From: Myxococcota bacterium
GTDB lineage: Bacteria > Myxococcota_A > Polyangia > Nannocystales > Nannocystaceae
Direction: 5' to 3'
Assembly (NCBI GenBank): GCA_039028615.1
Contig: JBCCHT010000002.1
Coordinates: 96,001 to 160,000, forward strand
DNA length: 64,000 bases
The notes beneath the pieces were generated by a model. It searched no databases and was not told the origin of the DNA. It saw nothing but the letters and a program-made list of their open reading frames with translations. Made by a program: the position numbers and the translations under genes. Each line of letters starts with the position of its first letter. Position 1 is the first letter of the stretch. Of the stretch, positions 49,718 through 59,608 are shown piece after piece.

Positions 49718-49845
49718 CGCGTCTGTCGGGTCGGGGGCACGCTCGTCATGAGCCCCGCCCCCGGCTCGACGCGCCTTTTTGACCCGGCTGGCTCGTTCAA
49801 TCTGCGTGGTCATGCCGGACGTCGGTCGGGCCTGCGCTACCATCG

Positions 49846-51297
49846 ATGGCCATGGCCGCCTCCCCCTCGCTCGGCCGCGCCCTGCTGGTATCCGCCTTCG
49901 CCCTGAGCTCGGTGCGTTGCTTCGGTGACGACGGCGGGGGTTCTCGGTCGAAGCCTGGCCACGCCGAGCCCTCGTCGCCCACGAGTACGCCCGGCTCGTC
50001 TCCGGCACCGAAAATCGAGGAGCCCCCACCCGAGCCCATCGTCCGTGGCACCGTGCCCACGAGCATCGACGCCGCCGCGCCGTGGCTGAGCCACCGGAAC
50101 CTGCGAACCCCGGCGCCCAGTCAGGAGCAATGCATGGAGCGCCATGGGCTGTCGCCGCAGGAGGCGGGCCCGGTCCGAGATGCGCTGATGGTGTGCCGAG
50201 TCACCGTCCCCACCACGCGTACCTACGATGGAGGCAAGCGCCTGGGCTTCGCCAACAACGCCCCCGATCTCGACGTCGTCGTCGCGATCGCGGACGAGCC
50301 GCCCGCGCTGTTTCGTGGTGAGCACAACGAGTACTCCGCGTGCGTGGCTGTTCCCTTGGTCGACCTCGACGAGGGAGACGAGGTCCGCATGCGCCTGTGG
50401 GACCGCAATCCAACCAAAGACCAACCCCTGGGCTCCATTCAGGGCAGCTTTTCGGGGGCATTCCCGCTCGTCGTCGACAACGACGACGGCATCGAAGCTC
50501 GCTGTAACTTCGTGGCTCCGCCCGTGCTCGACGCGCACGTCACCGCCGAGACGTTACCCACCATCGACGAGCGGCTCACGGAATACCAAGAGGCCCTCGA
50601 CGAAAAGCGGCTCGGCATGCCCGCGTTGCTCGAAGACCGTCGACGGATGAAGTGGGCCCTCGAGGTCGGGGCCAGCGACGTCGGCTGGACCGACTCTCGC
50701 ATCGAGCGACGACGCAAGGCCCTGGGTGAGCTCACCAAGAAGGCGGCCCAGTCCGTCAGTACACCACGAGCCAAGGATCCGAAGTTTTCCTTCGGGATGG
50801 GCACCCTGCACGGCACCCTCGAGCGGATCGAGTGTGGGGTCGAGAACACCGAGGAGCTGTTTCCCCGGCTGAAAGCCCCCATGGCCTGGCCCGCGCTGGG
50901 GTCGGGCTGCCGCCTCGTCGGTACGCTGACCGCCGTGGGCAACCGGGCGGGCGACGTGCACAGCGGAGGCAACGGCGACCTGCTCACGGCGTACCTGATC
51001 ACGATGACCGGCGAGATGATCGAGCTGGGCGCCCACGTCGAGTACGGGGGCTTCTTCGGCGACGATCTCAGCAGCCACCTCGTCGAGCAACGCATGCCTC
51101 GGGGCAAGGCGCTCCCGCTGCGCCTGGAGCCCAAGATCCGTCCCGTCGACTTTCGCACGGCACGCTACGGTGGAGCGTGGGGCCTGTGGCTGAAGCCTCG
51201 CGACCCGAGCTTCGACGATCAAAAACGCTTCTGGACCGGCGTGTTGCTGCCGGTCGATGCTCTGGCGGCGCCCCAGGCTGAGGCCAAGACCGAGTAG
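49846..51297 (+). CDS. Hypothetical exported protein or lipoprotein
   Basis: Signal-like N-terminus with Cys, Pro/Ser linker, a C2-like segment (VRMRLWDRNPTKDQPLG). Confidence 0.65.
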   Translation: MAMAASPSLGRALLVSAFALSSVRCFGDDGGGSRSKPGHAEPSSPTSTPGSSPAPKIEEPPPEPIVRGTVPTSIDAAAPWLSHRNLRTPAPSQEQCMERHGLSPQEAGPVRDALMVCRVTVPTTRTYDGGKRLGFANNAPDLDVVVAIADEPPALFRGEHNEYSACVAVPLVDLDEGDEVRMRLWDRNPTKDQPLGSIQGSFSGAFPLVVDNDDGIEARCNFVAPPVLDAHVTAETLPTIDERLTEYQEALDEKRLGMPALLEDRRRMKWALEVGASDVGWTDSRIERRRKALGELTKKAAQSVSTPRAKDPKFSFGMGTLHGTLERIECGVENTEELFPRLKAPMAWPALGSGCRLVGTLTAVGNRAGDVHSGGNGDLLTAYLITMTGEMIELGAHVEYGGFFGDDLSSHLVEQRMPRGKALPLRLEPKIRPVDFRTARYGGAWGLWLKPRDPSFDDQKRFWTGVLLPVDALAAPQAEAKTE

Positions 51298-51334
51298 CTT
51301 CGCTCGCGCACGGCCGTGATAGCCTCGCCACCGC

Positions 51335-52189
51335 ATGAGCCTGGTGTCACGCGGCGGCGTCCTCAACCTTCCGAGACTGCTGGCCGTGGCGGGACTGCTG
51401 ACGCAGACCACCGCTTGTACCTCGGACGAGTGGCCGCCGATCTCCGAGGACGAAGAAGGCTCCACCACCGCGGAAGAGGACGACGAGGCCTACGAGTTCG
51501 CCGAGCTCGAGATCGTCCAGCCCGATCCCGCCTCCATCCACCCCATCGGCGCTCGGATCCCGCTGCTCGCCCAGGTGCTCCAGCCCGATGGCAGCGAGTT
51601 GACCGTGGACGATGTCGAGTGGGTCTCGGACGACTCCGACCTGCCGCTGCTCGACACCCTGCAAGGCGACGTCGAGCTGCCGCCCGGCGTCTACGACCTG
51701 AGTGCCATCGCCCGGCTGCCCAACGGTGATCGGCTTCAGACCACGGTGGGAGACATCCGGGTGCAGGCCCCCTGGACCGGCGAATACTCGGGAGACGTGG
51801 TGCTCGTGATCTCGGTCGAGTTCCAGGGTCTGCCGCTGTCGCCCCGCTGCCAGGGGCCGCTCGAGCTCCGCGTGGGGCTCGACGGTCGCACCTTCGACGC
51901 CGCGGATGGCCAGTGCACCATCGACGTCGCCATCGTCAGCCTCGACGCGACCTACTCGCTCGAGGCCGAGATCGACGACGCCGGCATCGTGACCGGCACC
52001 ATCGACTTCGAGTTTCAGGCGCCCACCGGGCCCTTCGAGATTCCGCTCGAGTGGACGGGGGCGTTTACCGACCGCGCCTTCGGAGCCGCGCTGGAGGGCA
52101 CGGTCACGGTGCCGCTCATCGGCTCGGCCGACGTCTCCGGCTACCTGCAGGCGCCGCTGGTCGACCCGTACATCGACCCCGAGGACTGA
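51335..52189 (+). CDS. Acidic beta-rich lipoprotein
   Basis: TTAC lipobox; acidic linker; Ig-like strand pattern. Confidence 0.75.
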   Translation: MSLVSRGGVLNLPRLLAVAGLLTQTTACTSDEWPPISEDEEGSTTAEEDDEAYEFAELEIVQPDPASIHPIGARIPLLAQVLQPDGSELTVDDVEWVSDDSDLPLLDTLQGDVELPPGVYDLSAIARLPNGDRLQTTVGDIRVQAPWTGEYSGDVVLVISVEFQGLPLSPRCQGPLELRVGLDGRTFDAADGQCTIDVAIVSLDATYSLEAEIDDAGIVTGTIDFEFQAPTGPFEIPLEWTGAFTDRAFGAALEGTVTVPLIGSADVSGYLQAPLVDPYIDPED

Positions 52190-52202
52190 ACCCCTCGCGG
52201 CG

Positions 52203-53192
52203 TCAGCCCCCAGGCGGATCCGGCGTGGCCTCGCGCTCGGGACACTGCCCATCGACCAGCGGCTCGTCACACGCGGGCTCGGGCTCCGGCGGCAAGCAAC
52301 CGTCGCTCGTGGGCCCGGCGACATCGGGGCACAGGTCGTAGGGCTCGACGATGCCGTCGCCGTCCGCGTCCTTCGGCAGACAGCCGTCACGATTCGTCCC
52401 CGCCTCGTTCGGGCACAGATCATGCGAGTCGAGGATCCCGTCGCCATCGCTGTCGGCCGGGACACAGCCGTCGGCGCCCGCCCCAGGCACCTGCGGACAG
52501 CGGTCGCGCACATCCGTGACGCCGTCGTAGTCGGTGTCGATCGCCGTGCCCGGAACGGGCTCTGGCTCAGGCTTGGCCTGTGCCTGCGTCTGGCGGGCCC
52601 GCCCCAGCGTGAACGAAAGCCCCAGCGTCACCGAGCCGTGGTGCGTGACCGTGCGGCGGCGCGCCGCCGCGGCCGACATCATGTGGCGACCATCGATGCG
52701 GACCGCGATCCAGGGCGTGAGCAGCACCTTGGCCCCGACCCCGTAGTGCCCCACCGGGTCGACGTCGTTGCCCACCGCGTCCCGGCTCGAGCGTACGCCC
52801 ATGATCCCGTAGCCACCGAAGACGAAGGGGACGATGCGATAAAGCGGAAGCTGAAGGATCGCGTGCCCTCGCGCTCCCCAGGCAAAGACCGGCTCGGAGC
52901 CGTCGGAAAGCTCCGTCCACACCCCGTCGAACTCGGCCTCCGCTCCCACGAAGGACAGCGGGAAGTAGGCCCCCCGAAAGCCCGCCAAGGGCCCGACGCG
53001 TCGGAGCCGCTGCTGCGGCGCGGTGCGGGTGTCGTACAGGTCGTGGTCCTCGGCGAGCACGAACGCGCCCCCGTGAACACCCAGCTCCCAGGTATCGCGG
53101 GCCGGCTGAACCCGCTCGATCCACGGCTTCGGCTCTTCCACGAGGAGCAGCGAGACCAGCGAGACCACGGCGGTTCCGATCACGGCTCGCAT
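52203..53192 (-). CDS. OmpA-like beta-barrel with TSP3 repeats and no OmpA C-terminal domain
   Basis: WELGVHGG...GLSFTLG barrel; three DxDxDG...DxCP...G...DGC repeats, then stop. Confidence 0.75.
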   Translation of the reverse strand: MRAVIGTAVVSLVSLLLVEEPKPWIERVQPARDTWELGVHGGAFVLAEDHDLYDTRTAPQQRLRRVGPLAGFRGAYFPLSFVGAEAEFDGVWTELSDGSEPVFAWGARGHAILQLPLYRIVPFVFGGYGIMGVRSSRDAVGNDVDPVGHYGVGAKVLLTPWIAVRIDGRHMMSAAAARRRTVTHHGSVTLGLSFTLGRARQTQAQAKPEPEPVPGTAIDTDYDGVTDVRDRCPQVPGAGADGCVPADSDGDGILDSHDLCPNEAGTNRDGCLPKDADGDGIVEPYDLCPDVAGPTSDGCLPPEPEPACDEPLVDGQCPEREATPDPPGG

Positions 53193-53258
53193 CGTACACC
53201 ACGCAAACGAGGGCCGCAGGGCACTTTGGCCCTGCGACCCTTCCCGCCAACCCTCGGG

Positions 53259-54752
53259 CTAGCGCATGTCGAGGTAGAACATCTGCGAAGGCGTGCTGTC
53301 GCCATCACACATGCGGAAGTTCGCGATCTCGTTGAGTCCGTTTGAGGTCGACGTGTAGGGGCAGCTCAGGATCTGCTTGCCGTACACGCTCGTGCCGAAC
53401 ATGAAGTCCTGCGGGTCACCGCCCGTCCAGGTGTTGTTCTTGAACGCCCACCGCTGGTCGGTGTCACTGGTGTTGCAGTTGACCGTCGACAGCGAGCTGT
53501 TGGCGCTACTCAGGCACTTGTTGGTGTTGGCCCGCGAGCGAATCAGGTACCAGCCGCCGCCCTGCGCCTCCAGGCTGAATTTCAGGTTCTGGCTGCTGCT
53601 GCACGAGGACAAACCGCCGTACTGGTTGATGCACCGGTTGTTGAGTCGGCTGCGGATCGTCCAGTCGATGCCCGCACCACCTGCGTCCCACTCCAGCGCG
53701 ATGCCGCGAGCATCGTCGTTGAAGTCGTAGTCGCTCAGGTTGACCGTCTCGGTGGCACCGAAGCCGAAGATGTTCTGGAAGGTGCGGAACGAACCGGTGT
53801 TGTTGGAGCCCGTCCACAGCGTCACCGCGGCGCCGTCGGGGACCCTCACGCTCGAGGCCGCGCTGCTCATCACGCCGTTGTAGGCGTCGTTGCCCGTGCC
53901 GTGGAAGTCCTCGAGCACGTAGTCCTCGGTGTTGTCCTCGATCCAGCCGGGGAGGCAAAACGACATGCCCTGGTCGGTCTCGTTCGAGCCCTTCCATACG
54001 TCGATGCACTGGTCGTCGACATACTCCGCGTACACCAGCAGCAGGTGCTCCAGCGGATCGTTGATCCCCTCGAACTCGCCCGAGGTGGACGAGAGCACGC
54101 CGATGACCTCGTAGCCGCCCTCACCATCGGGCTGAAGCAGCGGCCCGCCCGAATCACCATGATCGTAGTCGCTCGAGTGGGTGGTGAACACGTTGTTGGT
54201 GGAATACAGCCCGCTGGTATGTTCGCTGGGGTCATACCGCTTGACCCCGTCGGTCCCGAAGCCCACGAAGGTCAGCGCGGGGATGTCGTCGCCTTCCATC
54301 GGGGTATGAACCGCCTCGTAGTACTCGCTGAAGGTGCCGTCGGCGAACTTCAGCAGCGCGAAGTCGGCATTGGGAAACGAGTCGGGGTCGTTCCAGTCGT
54401 GGCGCTGGACGATCGTGGCACTCGAGCGTTTGTTGACCGCGCCCGAGTTGGCGCCGTGCGCCGTGCTGACCTTGGCCCAGCTCGCCCACTGACTGGATCC
54501 ATTCCCCAGGCAGTGCAGCGCCGTGGCGACCAGATCGTCGGAAATCGCGACCGCCGAGCAAGAGTAGCCATAGGAGTTTTGGATCCGAATGACGGGCGCG
54601 AAACCGGTCGTCGCCTCGCCGTCGATGCGCCACTCGGCCTGGTCGAGTTCTTCGTCCATGGCAGAGATTTCATCGTCGACGGTACACCCGATAGCACCGA
54701 GTGCAGCGAGCACTGCGAGATTGCGAATGATGGATAGGTTGTTGGTCTTCAT
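53259..54752 (-). CDS. Lipoprotein serine protease: trypsin-like + beta/gamma-crystallin-like + ricin-B-like domains
   Basis: AIGC lipobox; TALHC, ADFAL, GDSGGP; SSVRVPDGAAVTLW; NKCL...CN..DTDQRW; GAGGA RBS. Confidence 0.8.
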   Translation of the reverse strand: MKTNNLSIIRNLAVLAALGAIGCTVDDEISAMDEELDQAEWRIDGEATTGFAPVIRIQNSYGYSCSAVAISDDLVATALHCLGNGSSQWASWAKVSTAHGANSGAVNKRSSATIVQRHDWNDPDSFPNADFALLKFADGTFSEYYEAVHTPMEGDDIPALTFVGFGTDGVKRYDPSEHTSGLYSTNNVFTTHSSDYDHGDSGGPLLQPDGEGGYEVIGVLSSTSGEFEGINDPLEHLLLVYAEYVDDQCIDVWKGSNETDQGMSFCLPGWIEDNTEDYVLEDFHGTGNDAYNGVMSSAASSVRVPDGAAVTLWTGSNNTGSFRTFQNIFGFGATETVNLSDYDFNDDARGIALEWDAGGAGIDWTIRSRLNNRCINQYGGLSSCSSSQNLKFSLEAQGGGWYLIRSRANTNKCLSSANSSLSTVNCNTSDTDQRWAFKNNTWTGGDPQDFMFGTSVYGKQILSCPYTSTSNGLNEIANFRMCDGDSTPSQMFYLDMR

Positions 54753-55003
54753 TGATACATTCCTCGTTGGAACAATGACGACACCGGACCGTTCGGGCCT
54801 CCCGGGGTTTCGCCCCAATCGGCTGCGTTCAATGTTCCGGCGGCGTCAACGAGGCAGTACCGTCCGTCGGGGAACCATTTCATCGATTCGAAAGAATTCG
54901 CATTCCCCATCATTCTCTGCATTTCGAAATACGGTGAAACCAGCCCATTTGCACCGTCGCTCAATCGATGGCTGGCACGATGGCCAGCCCCCCTCGATGG
55001 CCT

Positions 55004-56035
55004 TCAGCGAGCGGGGCAGCCAATCGCCGCCGTCGCCACGATCACGTCGTCGATGTGATGATCGATCACCGCAGGCGCATTCCAAAACGACGCGAAGCGA
55101 GCGGTGTTGATCCCCGCGCCGTCCCACGCGTCCACGAACTCGATGCCCGCGAGCGAGACCTCGAGCTGCCCGTCGACAGACACCTCGAACATCCCGTTCG
55201 CCATTCCCGGGTCGTCCAGGCGCACGTGAATCTCGTGGCACTGCCACTGCCCGGCTGCCGCTTCGCCGTACAGGGCAGAGGTCCCCAAGCCCGACTCGCG
55301 AACCTCGAGGTTGGGGTTGCTCCAATCGCCTTGCCCGCTGCACAAAAGCTCCGAGTCGTGCACGCAGCTCCACGCCAGCGCCTGCGCCTCGGCCTGCGTC
55401 GGAGAGTAAATCGTCGCGTCCACGGCGATGGCTCGGTTGCCTCCGATGACCGACATCACCTCGACCGCCTCGGCAATGCCCGCGTCCGGCCAGGCCTGGT
55501 CCGTGCGCAAGTAGAAGCGGACCCAGACCTCTCGGAAGTCACCCGTAGGGTCGTGGATCATGCCGCCATCGGGCCCGGCCCCGAAGCGGATGTCCGCCAT
55601 TCCGCTGCCGAATACCGCCGGGTCGTGACCGATTCGCAGCGCACGAGAACCCGACCACGCGTCGGTCTGTTCGACGTCGATGAGCCCGGCCGGGTTGGAC
55701 ACGTGACCGAAATAGCCGAACAGATCGCCAGGGACGTCGAAGTCCTCGCAGAGGATCCAGGAGCCGGGAAGCACATCGGGGCATCCCGGCTCGACGGGCA
55801 CGTCGCCCGACTCACTCGAACCGTCCGAAACACCGCCCGTGGAATCGGCGTCCGTCGAGCCACCCGTGGTGGTCGTCGCCTCAGGCGTCGACGTGGCCGT
55901 CGACTCTTCGTCGGCCGTGGTGGCTGCGCCCCCTTCGGTGGAGCCACCGCTTCCCTCGCCAGCCATCCCTGGCTCCGTAGACGAGCAGCCGATCAGGAAC
56001 GCGAAGGAACCCAGCACGCCGAGCGGTCGGACCAC
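55004..56035 (-). CDS. Lipoprotein with S/T linker and lectin/polysaccharide-lyase-like beta-sandwich
   Basis: LIGC lipobox; LCEDFD, EVWVRFY, GQWQCHEIHVRL...NG...VDG, IDDVIVA. Confidence 0.72.
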   Translation of the reverse strand: MVRPLGVLGSFAFLIGCSSTEPGMAGEGSGGSTEGGAATTADEESTATSTPEATTTTGGSTDADSTGGVSDGSSESGDVPVEPGCPDVLPGSWILCEDFDVPGDLFGYFGHVSNPAGLIDVEQTDAWSGSRALRIGHDPAVFGSGMADIRFGAGPDGGMIHDPTGDFREVWVRFYLRTDQAWPDAGIAEAVEVMSVIGGNRAIAVDATIYSPTQAEAQALAWSCVHDSELLCSGQGDWSNPNLEVRESGLGTSALYGEAAAGQWQCHEIHVRLDDPGMANGMFEVSVDGQLEVSLAGIEFVDAWDGAGINTARFASFWNAPAVIDHHIDDVIVATAAIGCPAR

Positions 56036-56078
56036 GCCGGCACCCTAGCATGCCCTCTGCGACGCAACGCGTCGGAGT

Positions 56079-56489
56079 TCAGAGGCTTCCGGTCGCGACC
56101 GACTTGTACACCCGGATGATGGGATCACTGTAAAGCGAGGAGTTGCTGCCGTTCTTCGTCGCCACGATGCGCCAGTGCTCTTGGGTCGCATTCGCGTTCG
56201 TCTCGCCGCCCGAGAATTGATTGCCGTCAGTCCACGAGTCGTTGGCGGTTTTCCGGTGCTGCATCTTGTAGCTGTACCCGGACGTGGACTTGGTGGTGTT
56301 GATGCCGATCGTACACACCCCGCCCGAGCAACCGTCGGTGATCTTATCGCTCGCCCCGAGGTCCACGTCCGAGACGTCCTTGCCGGTACTGTCGTTGCGA
56401 ATCGTACTCGTGCAGGTAATCGTGAGCGTGCTGGAGCCCACCGTACACTTGACTTCGAGATCCGAAAGACTGGTGCTGTAGTCCGTCAC
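56079..56489 (-). CDS. Small Thr/Ser-rich hypothetical protein
   Basis: 136-aa GTG-start ORF filling the gap between genes; beta-strand-like pattern, 4 Cys. Confidence 0.65.
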   Translation of the reverse strand: MTDYSTSLSDLEVKCTVGSSTLTITCTSTIRNDSTGKDVSDVDLGASDKITDGCSGGVCTIGINTTKSTSGYSYKMQHRKTANDSWTDGNQFSGGETNANATQEHWRIVATKNGSNSSLYSDPIIRVYKSVATGSL

Positions 56490-56662
56490 GTTTTCAACCT
56501 AACAGAGCGCCAGAAGCCTTGCCGTGAACGCGATGGGCCCAGTACGGGTCGAACTCGCGGGGTAAACATTACACCGTCAACTCCGAACATCGATTGATTC
56601 GAGAGGAACATCGCCCGCTCGTCAATGTCCCATCGACGAACCATCCCCGATACGATGGGCGC

Positions 56663-59608
56663 GTGCACTCTCCCGAAGTCGAGCGTTTCGGCCGCTACGA
56701 GGTCATCGGTCCGCTCGGTGAAGGAGGCATGGGTCAGGTCTTCGAAGCCTTCGATCCGAGCCTCGACCGCAAGGTCGCGGTGAAGGTGCTGCACGCCGAC
56801 CTCGCCCGGGAGCACACCCAGCGTCTCGTTCGCGAGGCCCAGGCCCTCGCCCGGCTGTCGCATCCCAACGTCGTTCAGGTCTACGAGGTCGGGGTGGTCG
56901 ACGATCGAGCCTTCGTCGCGATGGAGCTGGTCGTCGGCCAGACGCTGCGAACGTGGTCCAAACGCGATCCACGGCCGAGCTGGCGGGAGTGTGTGGAGCT
57001 GTACCTCCAAGCCGGCAACGGGCTCGCCGCAGCCCACGCCGAGGGTCTCGTGCATCGGGACTTCAAGCCCGGCAACGTCATCGTCGACGACGCAGGGCGA
57101 GTGCGGGTGCTGGACTTCGGCCTCGCTCGAAGCACCGAACTCGAAGGACGGCCTGCGCACCGCACCGCGTCGGAGCTGCTGTCCACCCTCGCGCCGTTCG
57201 ACGAGCCCTTCGATGAGCCCACGAGCGACAACGCGCAGACCTTGACCCGGACCGGGACCATCCTCGGGACCCTGGCCTATATGCCGCTCGAGCAGATGCT
57301 GGGTCGTGAAGTCGATGCGCGCGGGGATCAGTTCTGCTTTTGTGTCTCGCTGTACGAAGCGATCTTCGGTGAGCGACCCTTCGACGGACAGTCGCCCCAC
57401 GCCCGCATGCTCGAGCTTCGGGACGGGCAGGTGAGCTTCCCGCGAGACATCGCGATCCCGACGCGGCTTCGTCACGCGCTATCCCGGGGTCTGGCCTGCG
57501 AAGCCCAACAGCGATGGCCCACCATGGAGGCGCTGCTGCGGGAGCTTCGGCTGGTGGTCGCCCCCCGTCGGCGGGGTTGGGTGGGCCTGGCATTGGCGGG
57601 CGGCCTGGCGGCGTTGGGCATCGGCATTGGTACCCGTGGTTCGGCGGGCCCCGACTGCTCCCGCGGGCTCGAGCAGCTGGATGGCATCTGGGACGAGACA
57701 CGCCAGCAGCAGGTCACCACCGCGATCGTGGAGACCGGCTTGCCGCACGCCGCCGACACCGAGCAACGCGTACGCGAGACGCTCGATGCCTATGTGCAGC
57801 GATGGAGCGAGGTCCACACCGAGATCTGCGAGGCCGCCCAGCGGGACGAGCTGCGCACGGAGACCACCGTCGATCTGCAGACCGGATGCCTGACCAGCGC
57901 ACGCCTCGAGCTACGCGCGGCGGTCGACGTGTTGTCGAGCGCGGACCCGGCCCGAGTCACCAACGCCATCCCGCTCGTGACCCGCTTGCCCGCGCCCGAT
58001 CGATGCGACGACATCGCGATGCTGCAGGCCCGCCTGTCCCCGCCGCAGGACCCCGCGGTGGCCGAGGGAGTAGAGCTGCAGCGAGCCGCCCTGATGGAGG
58101 TGCGCGCGCTTCGGGTCGCGGGCGAACACGACGGCAGCATGACCCTCGCCCGTACGATCGTCGAAGAGGCCGAGGCCCAGGACTACCCTCCCCTGCTCGC
58201 CGAGGCCCTGCTCGAGCGAGGCATCGTGCACCGCGATCAGGGCCAGTACGTCGAGGCCGAGCGGGACCTGCAGCGCTCCTATCTCTTGGCGATCGAGCAC
58301 CAGCACGAACAGGTCGAGCTCACCGCCGCGGTGGAGCTCATTTTCGTGGTGGGCTACCGACAGGCCAAGCATGACCGTGGCACCGAGTGGGGCTCGGTCG
58401 CGCGAGCGCTGTCGGGTCGACCGCACGGGGCGGCTCGCGACCGAGGGCGCGCGCTGAGCAACACCGCGGTAGTGCTCGTGGAGCAGGGCAAGCTCGACGA
58501 GGCCCTCGGACTCCACGTGCAGGCCAAGGCGCTCCTCGAAGACGCACTCGGCCCTCGTCACCTATACGTGGCCATGGCGTGGGGCAACGCCGGGCTGGTG
58601 CTCGAAGCCCAGGGCAAGCTCGACGAGGCCCTCGCGCACTACCAGACGGCGTTGGACATCCGCTCGGAGGTCCTCGGTCCGCGGCACCCCGACGTCGCCA
58701 AGATGCTGACCAACCTCGGCAACGTGCTGCGAGCGCAGGGCCGCTCTGCCGAGGCCCTCGAGCACCATCAGCGGGCACTCACCATCGAGTCGGAGGCGCT
58801 CGGCCCCGACCACATCGATCTGGCTGCGACGCTCGGCAACGTCGGCGCGCTGCTCGACGAGCAAGGGCACGCCGAGCAGGCGCTCGAGCACCATCAGCGA
58901 GCGCTCACCATTCGCACGCAGCGGCTCGGCCCCGACCATCCCGACCTCGCCCTGTCGATGAACAACATCGCGGCCCTGCTCCAGGGCCAGGGACGCAACG
59001 GCGAGGCCATCGAGTACTTCGAGCGCGGGCTCGACATTCAACGACGAGCCTTGGGCGAAAGGCACCCCGACATCGCCATCTCGCTGAGCAACCTCGGCTA
59101 CATGCTGGCCGTCGAAGGTCGCACCGAGGAAGCGCTGGCCCACCACCGTCGCGCGCTCGACATCGCCAAAGAAGCGCTGGGTGCCGAGCATCCCATGGTC
59201 GCGTTGTTGCTGGTCAATGTGGGCGATGCCCTGGGCACCGAGGACGGCTCCGAGCTCGCTCGCGAACGCTACGAACAGGCCCTGACCATCGCCACCGCCG
59301 CCCTGGGAGCCGAGCACCCCGATGTCGCGTACCCGCTGGTGGGGCTGGCCCGGATCGCCCTCGCCCGCAACGAGCACGCCGCCGCCCGCGAGCACGCCGA
59401 GCGGGCGTACGAGCTCCGGGAAGCCGCCGACGCGCCGCCGGCCGAAGTCGCCGAAGCCCGCTTCCTGCTCGCGCGCTGCCTATGGGCGGATCTGGAGCAG
59501 CGCTCCCGGGCGCGCACCTTGGCCGAGCAGGCTCGTGAAGACTACGGCGCGCTCGGCCAACCGGACGAGCACGCGAAGGTCACCGCCTGGCTCGAGCAGA
59601 CGGGCTAG
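56663..59608 (+). CDS. Ser/Thr protein kinase with TM segment and long TPR array
   Basis: GEGGMG, VAVK, REA, HRDFKPGN, DFG, GTLAYMPLEQ; about 7 LGxxHP TPR repeats; start estimated at GTG 56663. Confidence 0.93.
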   Translation: MHSPEVERFGRYEVIGPLGEGGMGQVFEAFDPSLDRKVAVKVLHADLAREHTQRLVREAQALARLSHPNVVQVYEVGVVDDRAFVAMELVVGQTLRTWSKRDPRPSWRECVELYLQAGNGLAAAHAEGLVHRDFKPGNVIVDDAGRVRVLDFGLARSTELEGRPAHRTASELLSTLAPFDEPFDEPTSDNAQTLTRTGTILGTLAYMPLEQMLGREVDARGDQFCFCVSLYEAIFGERPFDGQSPHARMLELRDGQVSFPRDIAIPTRLRHALSRGLACEAQQRWPTMEALLRELRLVVAPRRRGWVGLALAGGLAALGIGIGTRGSAGPDCSRGLEQLDGIWDETRQQQVTTAIVETGLPHAADTEQRVRETLDAYVQRWSEVHTEICEAAQRDELRTETTVDLQTGCLTSARLELRAAVDVLSSADPARVTNAIPLVTRLPAPDRCDDIAMLQARLSPPQDPAVAEGVELQRAALMEVRALRVAGEHDGSMTLARTIVEEAEAQDYPPLLAEALLERGIVHRDQGQYVEAERDLQRSYLLAIEHQHEQVELTAAVELIFVVGYRQAKHDRGTEWGSVARALSGRPHGAARDRGRALSNTAVVLVEQGKLDEALGLHVQAKALLEDALGPRHLYVAMAWGNAGLVLEAQGKLDEALAHYQTALDIRSEVLGPRHPDVAKMLTNLGNVLRAQGRSAEALEHHQRALTIESEALGPDHIDLAATLGNVGALLDEQGHAEQALEHHQRALTIRTQRLGPDHPDLALSMNNIAALLQGQGRNGEAIEYFERGLDIQRRALGERHPDIAISLSNLGYMLAVEGRTEEALAHHRRALDIAKEALGAEHPMVALLLVNVGDALGTEDGSELARERYEQALTIATAALGAEHPDVAYPLVGLARIALARNEHAAAREHAERAYELREAADAPPAEVAEARFLLARCLWADLEQRSRARTLAEQAREDYGALGQPDEHAKVTAWLEQTG

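Noticed and set aside
58440..59340. Periodic ~126-bp similarity that might suggest a CRISPR or DNA repeat array
   Set aside because: Explained by 42-aa TPR coding repeats; no identical repeats with unique spacers
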